DNA of 64,000 nucleotides, taken from the NCBI GenBank assembly GCA_049860595.1, contig CP187551.1; one strand, 5' to 3'. Origin of the DNA: Methanocaldococcus sp. 16A (GTDB lineage: Archaea; AGJL01; Methanococci; Methanococcales; Methanocaldococcaceae). Positions 54,926 through 63,451 of this stretch are shown piece by piece. The notes beneath the pieces are model-generated. The model ran no database searches. It had not been told where the DNA came from and saw only the letters and a list, made by a program, of their open reading frames with translations. The stretch's first letter is position 1. Every line of letters starts with the position of its first letter. A program made the translations under genes and the position numbers.

Positions 54926-55696
54926 TTAATACAACCTAAAGCTAACTTTGTATTCTAAATTGTAAGGTTTAGAATTTAATATGTCCAATATTCTCTTTTT
55001 AATAGGTTCAGTTTTTATAGGTTTTTTGATGATTCCTAAAGATTTTTTCTGTATGATTATAACATCACAATCACAAACATATTTATCATTAAACTTCTCA
55101 ATTTTAACTTTTAAAATATAATCTTCAATCAAATCTTGGTCTTTTAAAATTGACAATACATTTTTATCTATTTCATTTTCTATCTCTAACCCTATATCTT
55201 TTATTTCATCTTCAGTAAGTGTATTTTTATCATAATCTCCAAATGTTTCTTTCAATATATTTTCTATGAAATCTTCATCCGGCTCTTTAATCCCCAACTG
55301 TTTTAAAAGTTCATCTCTTGATAATATTCCACTCTCAATGTTACTTATATTTACGTTACTACTTTTTGATACTTTTTTCATTTTCTTAACTCTTGGAACA
55401 GTATCTATAACATCATAAACAATTATTTTCTCAATATTGCTTCCAGATTTCAATATATCGCATAAATGCTCTATAACCTCATCAACTTTATCCTCATCTA
55501 CAATTGCTTCAATCTTCGTAAATTCCTCTAAAGTTTCTGTTTCATACTTTTGCCCTCTATATTCTATAACAATTTTTTTATTACATTTTTCTTTTACCTC
55601 TGAAACAACATATTCGTCTATAATTGTATATCTTTTTAAAATATTCAAACATTGAAAAATTTTATCCTGCTGTAAATATACTTCTATTTTTTTCAT
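54926..55696 (-). CDS. Degenerate P-II (GlnB/K)-like domain fused to an uncharacterised C-terminal region
   Basis: MKKIEV..VSEVK..EYRGQKY..KIEAIVDEDKVDEVI..KIIV aligns by eye with GlnB; about 150 extra residues. Confidence 0.7.
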   Translation of the reverse strand: MKKIEVYLQQDKIFQCLNILKRYTIIDEYVVSEVKEKCNKKIVIEYRGQKYETETLEEFTKIEAIVDEDKVDEVIEHLCDILKSGSNIEKIIVYDVIDTVPRVKKMKKVSKSSNVNISNIESGILSRDELLKQLGIKEPDEDFIENILKETFGDYDKNTLTEDEIKDIGLEIENEIDKNVLSILKDQDLIEDYILKVKIEKFNDKYVCDCDVIIIQKKSLGIIKKPIKTEPIKKRILDILNSKPYNLEYKVSFRLY

Positions 55697-55720
55697 TCCA
55701 CCACCATTTAAATAATATTA

Positions 55721-55740
55721 CGGAAGGAAATTTCCTTCTG
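55721..55740 (-). promoter_or_regulatory. NrpR-type nitrogen operator GGAA-N6-TTCC upstream of the P-II-like gene
   Basis: GGAAggaaatTTCC at 55722-55735, overlapping perfect palindrome GAAGGAAATTTCCTTC (55723-55738); minus-strand TTTATATG at 55773-55766. Confidence 0.65.
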
Positions 55741-55835
55741 ACCTATGGCATTATATACCAAACCCATATAAAAAGATAACCTATTGAAAATAGACATCAG
55801 AATAAAAATTTCCCACTATTTGTTATACACTTTAA

Positions 55836-55928
55836 TAGGACTTTCACAGGAATAAATACCAATATGGAAAGTTGATGCCATTTGGGCAACTAAATTCCTT
55901 GAAAAATTTATAAATTGCGAAAGTCCTA
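55836..55928. repeat. Full palindromic MITE-like repeat (93 bp)
   Basis: TAGGACTTTCACAG...GATGCCATTTGGGCAAC...TTGCGAAAGTCCTA; inverted repeat extends to 55831-55933. Confidence 0.9.
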
Positions 55929-56051
55929 TTAAAAATAACTGGTAAAAATAACTAGAAAGTTTTATATATTATTTAAAATTTAATAAACTATTAATTTATA
56001 AATTTTAAAAAATTTAATAAATTTTTATTAAAATAAATTTAGCGTGAGAAT

Positions 56052-56372
56052 ATGTCAATCTTCTACGTACTTGGAAAGAAAGGGACGATAGAGATTCTAT
56101 ACAAAATTAAAGATGGAGTAAATTCTTTCACGAACATAAAAAATGCTTTAGATATAGAAGGTTGTGGAGTAAGCACGAGAACGTTAGCAGAGAGATTAAA
56201 TGAATTAGAAGATGAAAACTTAATACAAAAAGATGGAAGTAAATATTATCTAACAAAGAAAGGACAAGAAGCTATAGAAATTATTGAAAATATTATGAAA
56301 TGGGAAGCTAAGTGGAAAGAAGCAAAGATTCCAAAGATTATAATAGGAATGCTTGGTGATAAGGAGAGATAA
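56052..56372 (+). CDS. HxlR-like winged-HTH regulator
   Basis: LGKKGTIEIL..FTNI..VSTRTLAERLNELE...I..Y.LT.KG. Confidence 0.85.
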   Translation: MSIFYVLGKKGTIEILYKIKDGVNSFTNIKNALDIEGCGVSTRTLAERLNELEDENLIQKDGSKYYLTKKGQEAIEIIENIMKWEAKWKEAKIPKIIIGMLGDKER

Positions 56373-56465
56373 TTATTTCTTAGTAGGGCTTTTGTGGAAA
56401 TATATATTCTATTTAATTTGATGAAACTTTCTAAAAATTTCAAAGAGAAATAATAGGTGAATATT

Positions 56466-57236
56466 ATGAAAGTAATCACATTTTCTATTGCAAAAGGAGG
56501 TACTGGAAAAACTATTATTACTGCAAATGTTGCAGCAGCTTTAGCTAAAAGAGGTAAAAAAATTTTATTAATTGATGGTGATATAGGTTCAAAATCTCTT
56601 TCTCATCTTTTAAATATAAAATCAAATATATTTTTAGCAGATGTTATAGAAGAAGAACGCCCAATAAAAGATGCTATTGTAGAAACATCAATTGAAAATA
56701 TTGAGCTATTAGCCGTTGGAAAATCACTTGCTGATTATCTAAAATTTGATGTGAGCTCTTTAAAAAAATTCAAAGAATTAGGTAACTACGATTATGTGTT
56801 TATAGATGCCCCATCAACATCAAGTGGTGTTGAAACATACTTAGCTTTAGGTCTTTCCGACTACTTCATCCCTGTCTTAGATTACACAACTTTTGGTCCA
56901 AGTTTGCAGGGAGCTATAAATACAATAGTCATTGGAAAGAACTACTTAGAGAGCATACCTGCAGGATTTATAATAAATAAAGCCGAAGATTTGCCAGATA
57001 GTGTAATTAATGATGTCAAAAAAATCTTAGGATTGGAATGCTTCTCTATAGTACACAAAAACCCTATTGTAGAACAATCCTATGCAAAAAAAGAAATTGT
57101 TTATTTAAAATCTTTAGACAAGAAATTTGTTGAAGAAATTGACAAAATTGTTGATGCTTTAGAAAAATTAGAAGCGGTAAAAGAAAGAGATATCCCAAAG
57201 GTTATTGAAAAAATAAAAGAAAGTACTTTATTGTAA
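56466..57236 (+). CDS. MinD/ParA family ATPase
   Basis: Deviant Walker A AKGGTGKT, LIDGD, FIDAP, INK. Confidence 0.9.
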   Translation: MKVITFSIAKGGTGKTIITANVAAALAKRGKKILLIDGDIGSKSLSHLLNIKSNIFLADVIEEERPIKDAIVETSIENIELLAVGKSLADYLKFDVSSLKKFKELGNYDYVFIDAPSTSSGVETYLALGLSDYFIPVLDYTTFGPSLQGAINTIVIGKNYLESIPAGFIINKAEDLPDSVINDVKKILGLECFSIVHKNPIVEQSYAKKEIVYLKSLDKKFVEEIDKIVDALEKLEAVKERDIPKVIEKIKESTLL

Positions 57237-57249
57237 TATAATAAAATCT

Positions 57250-58143
57250 TTATTTCTTTTTCTCTTTATCATTATTTAATACCATTACTTCCACAAGTGT
57301 TTTTAAAACTTCTTTTTGTTCCTCTTCTGATGGTATTCTAACATTATATTTTTTTAATAACTCTTCATCTACATTTAATGTGTTTCTACACTTTGTTTTT
57401 ACTACTTCATCAATATGACTTTTTAATAATTTCTCTTTTAATTTTGTAGCATGTTTTAAGAAACATTTAGTAATTTCCACAGCAAAAATTACGAAAAACG
57501 CCCCTATTGCAGTCATTATTAACCTCTCTTTAATAAGAATTGGTATTGCATTAATATAATCATCAGCTGTTAAATTTAAATATAATATTCCTAAAATTGA
57601 GCCATATAGGTGGTCTGTCATTATTGATGCAAATGATAAAATTAACGCCCCCATAATGACTTTTTTACAATCTTTGTTAAATAATAATTTACTTATTTTC
57701 TCCCTAAAAATTATAACAAACAATAAAGCAAGAATTGAAAGACAGGGATAATAAAAAGCCACTCTACCTACATCTGTTAAATAAAATATCAATAAACCTA
57801 TAGTCAAAATTATAGCCGGATACTTCCATTTTCCTTCAGATAATGTTCCTGCAGATATAACCGCTGATGCTGGTGGAATTAAAGAATAAATCCAAAAATA
57901 AAATGCTTTTGGATTTAAAAAGAAGTAGATTAACATTACCAACACAACCGCAAAAAATCCGCAAATAGGACCTAACAATAGACCACATAATGCTGATAAG
58001 CTTGGATAAGCATTTATTTTATGGTCTAACCCTACCATATTAAATGTAAGAAATCGAATAAATATAAACATAAAAGTAACTGTTCCAATAAATATTAAAA
58101 ACAAGGCTCTTTTATCTTTTCTAATAAATTTGAATATATTCAT
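57250..58143 (-). CDS. ECF S-component-like membrane protein with cytoplasmic C-terminal tail
   Basis: Several TM helices, GLLLGP..G motif, DHLYGS, ERL; charged tail of about 65 aa. Confidence 0.6.
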   Translation of the reverse strand: MNIFKFIRKDKRALFLIFIGTVTFMFIFIRFLTFNMVGLDHKINAYPSLSALCGLLLGPICGFFAVVLVMLIYFFLNPKAFYFWIYSLIPPASAVISAGTLSEGKWKYPAIILTIGLLIFYLTDVGRVAFYYPCLSILALLFVIIFREKISKLLFNKDCKKVIMGALILSFASIMTDHLYGSILGILYLNLTADDYINAIPILIKERLIMTAIGAFFVIFAVEITKCFLKHATKLKEKLLKSHIDEVVKTKCRNTLNVDEELLKKYNVRIPSEEEQKEVLKTLVEVMVLNNDKEKKK

Positions 58144-58297
58144 AACAATCCCTATTAATATAAATTATAAGTGAAAGATTTCCATTTTTATTTTTTATTT
58201 TATAAATATATTTCTATTTTATTTTTAACCATTCTAAATTATATACATTTTTTATAAAATATTACCCATTACTAAAAATTTTCCTTAGGTGTTATAA

Positions 58298-58732
58298 ATG
58301 ATTGATATTCTTAAAAATATAAAAGTAAAAGATATAATGACAAAAAATGTTATAACTGCAAAAAAGGATGAAGGGGTTGTAGAAGCTTTTGAAAAAATGT
58401 TAAAACATAAGATTAGTTCTCTGCCAGTGATTGATGATGAAAATAAAGTTATTGGAATAGTAACAACAACCGATATAGGATATAATTTAATAAGGGATAA
58501 ATACACTTTAGAAACAACAATTGAAGAAGTAATGACAAAAGATGTAATTACAATAGATAAAAATGCAAATATATTGGAAGCTATTAAAAAAATGGACATT
58601 AGTGGAAAAAAAGAAGAAATTATCAACCAATTACCTGTAGTTGATGAGGATAATAAGTTAGTTGGGATAGTTTCTGATGGAGACATAATTAGAGCAATTT
58701 CAAAGATTATTATAGAACTTTCGCAGGATTAA
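58298..58732 (+). CDS. CBS domain pair protein; last residues encoded by a repeat element
   Basis: [24 protein letters not shown]; IELSQD* is read from the repeat's terminal inverted repeat. Confidence 0.9.
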   Translation: MIDILKNIKVKDIMTKNVITAKKDEGVVEAFEKMLKHKISSLPVIDDENKVIGIVTTTDIGYNLIRDKYTLETTIEEVMTKDVITIDKNANILEAIKKMDISGKKEEIINQLPVVDEDNKLVGIVSDGDIIRAISKIIIELSQD

Positions 58733-58806
58733 ATGTTTTAAGGAATTTTTAATGCTAAAAGCATCTAATGTTTTCATTAATAAATATATAAACTGCGAAA
58801 GTCCTA
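58713..58806. repeat. Full palindromic MITE-like repeat (94 bp) overlapping the CBS gene 3' end
   Basis: TAGAACTTTCGCAG...ATGCTAAAAGCAT...CTGCGAAAGTCCTA. Confidence 0.9.
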
Positions 58807-58903
58807 TATTATTGACATCATCTAAAAATTACATAAACTTAATAAATAATATCACAACTATTTTATCTTATTACCTTATTTAATTAAGGTGATAGGTGAT
58901 TTT

Positions 58904-59821
58904 ATGTCAGTTAATTATAAGAGAGTTATTGCCATGGTAGATGATGCTTTAAACCTCGTTGAGATAGTTGAAGAGCATCCCTGTCCAAATGGTAGTGAGT
59001 GGGTTATCTATCAATATCAAAGAACTTCTCCTCTAATTTTATCAGCGTGGAGAGAAGGGAATAAACACCACTTTGTAACAAGAATTGGTAAAGAGAAATT
59101 AAATTTAGTTCCTTCACTATCAGCAGCAGGAATTGAAGAGGTTTATATAGAAAATAATAGGGTTCATATTGTCTATGCGGGATTAGCTGGAGGAGGAGTA
59201 GGAACTGAACTAAGGAAGGGAGCTAAAAATGTCCTTGAAGTAAATATTTTAGAGAAGGGAGGTGGTTCAAAACTTGGAAGAGCAGAGGTTGTAACTCCAA
59301 AAATGGAAAAGGTTATTATTGGTATTGATGATACTGACACAAAAGAAGAGGGGGCTACATGGGTTTTAGCACACGAAATTGGTTTAGAAGTTGAAAAAAA
59401 TAACTTGGGCTATTATTTAGACCACACAATTGTTCAACTCTACCCTGGCAACCCAAACAAAACTCAGAATTGCGTATCTATCGCTTTAAGTTTTGCTGTT
59501 TATCCAGAATATAAGTATGAAATTGACAAATTCGTTAAAAAATTATTGAAGGAGAAAAGTTTATCAGATAATACTGCAATGGCTGTATATTATGGTCTCT
59601 TTCCTTCTAAGAGCATGAAATTATTTACAATGAAGGCTAAAAAGAGAATGGTTACATTAGAAGAAGCAAAATCTATTGCATTAAGAAATAATATAAAAAT
59701 AATTCCTGTTAATGGAGAAGGTGGCGTTATAGGAGCTGTAGCTGCCTTAGGTTTAGCTGAACATCATAACTTAGCTCCTAAGTTATGTGAAGATATAGAA
59801 ACCACTGAAATAAAGAATTAA
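58904..59821 (+). CDS. Methanogenesis marker protein 11-like (TiaS-like GIDDTD domain)
   Basis: YAGLAGGGVG, IGIDDTDTKEEGATW, QLYP..P.KTQNC, GVIGAVAALG. Confidence 0.75.
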   Translation: MSVNYKRVIAMVDDALNLVEIVEEHPCPNGSEWVIYQYQRTSPLILSAWREGNKHHFVTRIGKEKLNLVPSLSAAGIEEVYIENNRVHIVYAGLAGGGVGTELRKGAKNVLEVNILEKGGGSKLGRAEVVTPKMEKVIIGIDDTDTKEEGATWVLAHEIGLEVEKNNLGYYLDHTIVQLYPGNPNKTQNCVSIALSFAVYPEYKYEIDKFVKKLLKEKSLSDNTAMAVYYGLFPSKSMKLFTMKAKKRMVTLEEAKSIALRNNIKIIPVNGEGGVIGAVAALGLAEHHNLAPKLCEDIETTEIKN

Positions 59822-59934
59822 AATAAAATATAATATTGAACAATATTTTACTTAAATTCTTCTTTAAAACTTTTAATTTTTTGACATTTAACTAAAAGAA
59901 ATTTGATAGCTTATAATGACAAATATTAGTAATA

Positions 59935-60027
59935 TAGGACTTCCGCAGTTTATGTTAATTAAATAAGGAACTTTGAGCCCTTTGGGAATCTATGTTCAAT
60001 AAAAAATTTATTCCTGCAAAAGTCCTA
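59935..60027. repeat. Full palindromic MITE-like repeat (93 bp)
   Basis: TAGGACTTCCGCAG...GAGCCCTTTGGGAATC...CTGCAAAAGTCCTA. Confidence 0.9.
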
Positions 60028-60046
60028 AAATAAATATTGTGATAAT

Positions 60047-60604
60047 ATGGAAGATAGAGAGTTTAAAATAGCCATTATTGGCCCTGAAAATGCTGGAAAA
60101 TCATCAATAATGAACGCATTGTTTGGAAAATATGTTTCATTGGTTTCTGAAGTTGGAGGAACTACAAAAATGCCAATAAAAAGATATTGGGGAAAATTAA
60201 AGATTGGGAGGATTAGAGAAGAACCAGAATTTGTAAATTTAGTTTTTGTTGATTTAGGTGGTTTATATACAACAACTGACAAACAATCTCCTATTATGAC
60301 CCCCAAAGTTTTAGAAAAGACATTTGAAGAGATTAACGATTCAGATATGATTATACATGTAATTGATGGTAGTGTTGGATTATTGAGAAGTTTTGAGAAA
60401 CTCCACCACTTATTAAAGTTTAGATACCAAAAACCTATTATAGTAGTAATTAATAAATGTGATTTATTAAATGATATTGATAAGGAAAATTTAAAGAACT
60501 ATGTTGAAAGTAGAATAAAAAATACACCGATATTTGTATCTGCAAAAACTTTTGAAGGAATTCCTGAATTGTTAGAGATAATTATTAGATACCTGAAAAG
60601 GTGA
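60047..60604 (+). CDS. Era-like small GTP-binding protein
   Basis: G1 GPENAGKSS, G2 GTT, G3 DLGG, G4 NKCD, G5 SAK. Confidence 0.88.
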   Translation: MEDREFKIAIIGPENAGKSSIMNALFGKYVSLVSEVGGTTKMPIKRYWGKLKIGRIREEPEFVNLVFVDLGGLYTTTDKQSPIMTPKVLEKTFEEINDSDMIIHVIDGSVGLLRSFEKLHHLLKFRYQKPIIVVINKCDLLNDIDKENLKNYVESRIKNTPIFVSAKTFEGIPELLEIIIRYLKR

Positions 60605-60608
60605 TTTA

Positions 60609-61052
60609 ATGTTAGAAAAATTAAAAAAGCTTTTAGGCAAGAAAGATAATTTTTCCACTCCAGCTCCAGTATCTATAGACGATTATTTAGGAGAAATTGA
60701 GGAGATTCCAATAACTCCAGTTGAAGAAGAAAAAGTGACAATAAAAGTTTGTAGTATTGAAGATGATAAAGATGCTGTAAATGCCATAGTAATGGCTGAG
60801 GCAGGATATATTGTTATAGCAAAGACCCCTAACTTAGAAAAAGAGATTGATGATGAATTTATTGAAATTATTAAAAAGATAAAAAATGAGACAATAAAAT
60901 TTGGAGGAAACTTAATTATTTTAGGAGATGAGCATTTATTAATAACTCCAAAAAATGTTGTTATAGAAAAACTTCTTAAAGAAAAGAAAGAAGCTAATGC
61001 CACAATAGATAATAAAGAAACAAATGAAGAAAAAGAGAAAGATAAAAAATAA
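60609..61052 (+). CDS. sepF: Cell division protein SepF
   Basis: N-terminal amphipathic MLEKLKKLLG, G.IVI, GG.....G..HLLITP..V. Confidence 0.75.
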   Translation: MLEKLKKLLGKKDNFSTPAPVSIDDYLGEIEEIPITPVEEEKVTIKVCSIEDDKDAVNAIVMAEAGYIVIAKTPNLEKEIDDEFIEIIKKIKNETIKFGGNLIILGDEHLLITPKNVVIEKLLKEKKEANATIDNKETNEEKEKDKK

Positions 61053-61098
61053 GCTATTATTTTTTTATGTTTTTTTAATGCTCATTGTCTTAATATAA

Positions 61099-61191
61099 TA
61101 GAACTTTCGCATGTTATATATTCATTAATGAAAATATAATGCCTTTGGCATCAAAAATTCCTTAAAAAAATTTATTTCTGCGAAAATCTTA
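61099..61191. repeat. Full palindromic MITE-like repeat (93 bp)
   Basis: TAGAACTTTCGCA...ATGCCTTTGGCAT...TGCGAAAATCTTA. Confidence 0.88.
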
Positions 61192-61221
61192 TTATAAAAT
61201 CTCTTTTCTAAATGTGATATT

Positions 61222-62022
61222 ATGAAAGTTTTAGATGAAATCGTCACTAATAGAAAAAAATTAATTGAAATAGAAAAAAGAAAAGATATAATTAAAGAGT
61301 TAAGAGATTTTATTGACAAACTAAATATAGATGTAGAAAAAAAGAGAAAATTAAAGCTTTCAAAGGCAATAAAAAAATCTAAAGAAACAAAAAATCCAAT
61401 AATTACTGAGATTAAGCCATCATCTCCTTCAAAAGGAAATATTAGAGAAATAAATCTTGAAGATGTTAAAAATATAGCCAAAGAAATGGTAGAAGGTGGA
61501 GCTACCGCTTTATCTATATTGACAGAACCAAAATACTTCAATGGAAGCTATAAAAATTTAATTATTGCAAGAAATGAAAATGTTCCAATATTAATGAAAG
61601 ATTTTATTGTTGATTTTTATCAAATTGACATAGCAAGTGAGATTGGGGCTAATGTAGTTTTATTAATTGTCTCCACACTTGGAGAAGATATAGGAGAATT
61701 CTTAGATTATGCTAAAGAACATGATTTGGAGTGTTTGGTTGAGACACATAGCGAAAATGAGATAGAAATTGCTTTAGATGCTGGAGCTAAGATTATTGGC
61801 ATAAATAATAGAGATTTAAAAACTTTAAAAATAGATTTATCTACTACTGAGAAATTAGCTCCATTAATCCCAAAAAATAAAATAAAAGTTGGAGAAAGTG
61901 GGATTTATACAAAAGAGCAGTTAAATTATGTGTTAAAATTCACAGACGCTGCTTTGATTGGTTCATCAATAATGGAAAGTGAAAATATAAAATATAAAGT
62001 CAGAGAACTTGTAGAAAGATAA
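61222..62022 (+). CDS. trpC: Indole-3-glycerol phosphate synthase
   Basis: EIKPSSPSKG, SILTEP.YF.GS, KDFI, GINNRDL, ESGI. Confidence 0.95.
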   Translation: MKVLDEIVTNRKKLIEIEKRKDIIKELRDFIDKLNIDVEKKRKLKLSKAIKKSKETKNPIITEIKPSSPSKGNIREINLEDVKNIAKEMVEGGATALSILTEPKYFNGSYKNLIIARNENVPILMKDFIVDFYQIDIASEIGANVVLLIVSTLGEDIGEFLDYAKEHDLECLVETHSENEIEIALDAGAKIIGINNRDLKTLKIDLSTTEKLAPLIPKNKIKVGESGIYTKEQLNYVLKFTDAALIGSSIMESENIKYKVRELVER

Positions 62023-62046
62023 AACTATCTCTTTCCAGCTAACTTA

Positions 62047-62082
62047 TAGAACTTTTTTAATATATAAACTGCGAAAGCCCTG
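62047..62082. repeat. Internally deleted copy of palindromic repeat between convergent trpC and rps3ae
   Basis: TAGAACTTTTTTAATATATAAACTGCGAAAGCCCTG. Confidence 0.65.
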
Positions 62083-62087
62083 TATAG

Positions 62088-62768
62088 TTATTCTTGGGCT
62101 TCTTCATTGACTTCTTCTACAGTTTCTTCAGCTTCCTTTATAAATCCTTCTGTTTCTTCTTTCTTAGCTAATGATAAGACTTCTGATTTGTAGATAATAA
62201 CATTTTTAATTGGGAATATTTTCTTACACTCTTCTTTTATTTTCTCAGCCATTTCTCCAAATAACATTGCTTGCACATATAATGGGAATGTTTTCTCTTT
62301 AGCTATTGTTTTAATAATTTCTTCCATCTTTTTTCTAATGTCTGATTTTTGTTTTGTGTTTGCTCTATAAGCTGTTAAAACCATTGCCTTTGTTCTTATC
62401 TTATAGCCATCTTGAGTTGTAACATCAAGGATAGCGTCAATTCTACTTCTTCTTCTTCTTATTTGTGACTTCATGAATTCCCTTGTTGTATCATGTCCAT
62501 AAAATTGAGCAATTGCCTTGTTTCCTGTAACTCCAAAGATTTTGAAGTAAACTCTGTGCATGTGTTTTGTTGGGTCCCCTGTTAAATCTCTTAAGCTTGT
62601 CTCAGCAACTCTTCCTAAAACTAAGCTTGGGTCATTTGCTGGAGTGTAGCCAATAAATACTCCTCCAAATTCTGGAGTGGCATAGATTTCATACCATACT
62701 TTCTCTTTCCATTTATCTCTTACTTTTCTTACTTTCCTTCTTGCTCTTGCAGTTCTTGCGGTAGCCAT
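62088..62768 (-). CDS. rps3ae: 30S ribosomal protein S3Ae (eS1)
   Basis: DKWKEKVWY..P..F, GRVAE...DLTGD, IFP...V...KSEV. Confidence 0.95.
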   Translation of the reverse strand: MATARTARARRKVRKVRDKWKEKVWYEIYATPEFGGVFIGYTPANDPSLVLGRVAETSLRDLTGDPTKHMHRVYFKIFGVTGNKAIAQFYGHDTTREFMKSQIRRRRSRIDAILDVTTQDGYKIRTKAMVLTAYRANTKQKSDIRKKMEEIIKTIAKEKTFPLYVQAMLFGEMAEKIKEECKKIFPIKNVIIYKSEVLSLAKKEETEGFIKEAEETVEEVNEEAQE

Positions 62769-62809
62769 TTTTTCACCTTAAAAAATTTAATTATGGTTTT
62801 AGGAATTAT

Positions 62810-63421
62810 TCACTCCTTATAAAATTCAGATAAATCAACATAATTTCTTACAGGTCTTGTTACATCTCCATACAATCTTTTTATATCCTTAGCTTTTGCT
62901 TTTTTAGCAGTTCCTTTTTCAGTTTTTATCTTCTTTAACCTAAAGAATCCATCGTTTATTCTATAAACTTTTTCTACTTCAAATTCAAAATCATTTGGGA
63001 CATAAATGTATATTCCATAAGTTTTACTTTTATCATTAATTGATATTCCCAACTTTTTTGGAATTGATAGTGATTTACCCCAAATAAACTTAATATCTTT
63101 ACCTAAAGCAGATTTTACTGGTTCAGGAGTTTCAATTTTTGTTATCTCAATCTTTTCTCCATCAACTTCAATTGTATCTCCAACTTTGTATGTTTCATCC
63201 TCTGGGATATTAATTATTTTAGATTCTGATATATCATATCTACTTATAATTAGCTTTGCCTGGCTTAATTTAACCTTATCAACAATCTCTCTTACAGCTC
63301 CACAGTTAGGACATCTAACTAAGTAATAGGCAGATTTGTTATAAATTTTTTTCTTTAATACTTCTTGCTCTTCAAACCCACAATTCTCGCATTCTATGTA
63401 GATTTTTTCAGTCATCTTCAA
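62810..63421 (-). CDS. HVO_0476-like Zn-finger protein
   Basis: CENC...VRCPNCG, IISRYD.S, A.A.DIKR.Y. Confidence 0.75.
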   Translation of the reverse strand: MKMTEKIYIECENCGFEEQEVLKKKIYNKSAYYLVRCPNCGAVREIVDKVKLSQAKLIISRYDISESKIINIPEDETYKVGDTIEVDGEKIEITKIETPEPVKSALGKDIKFIWGKSLSIPKKLGISINDKSKTYGIYIYVPNDFEFEVEKVYRINDGFFRLKKIKTEKGTAKKAKAKDIKRLYGDVTRPVRNYVDLSEFYKE

Positions 63422-63451
63422 AAACCTCTAAGTATTTTATTTATTTTTTAT

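Noticed and set aside
55836-62082. Clustered palindromic repeats as a CRISPR array
   Set aside because: Copies are kilobases apart, separated by genes, about 93 bp long and divergent; no repeat-spacer periodicity and no cas genes.
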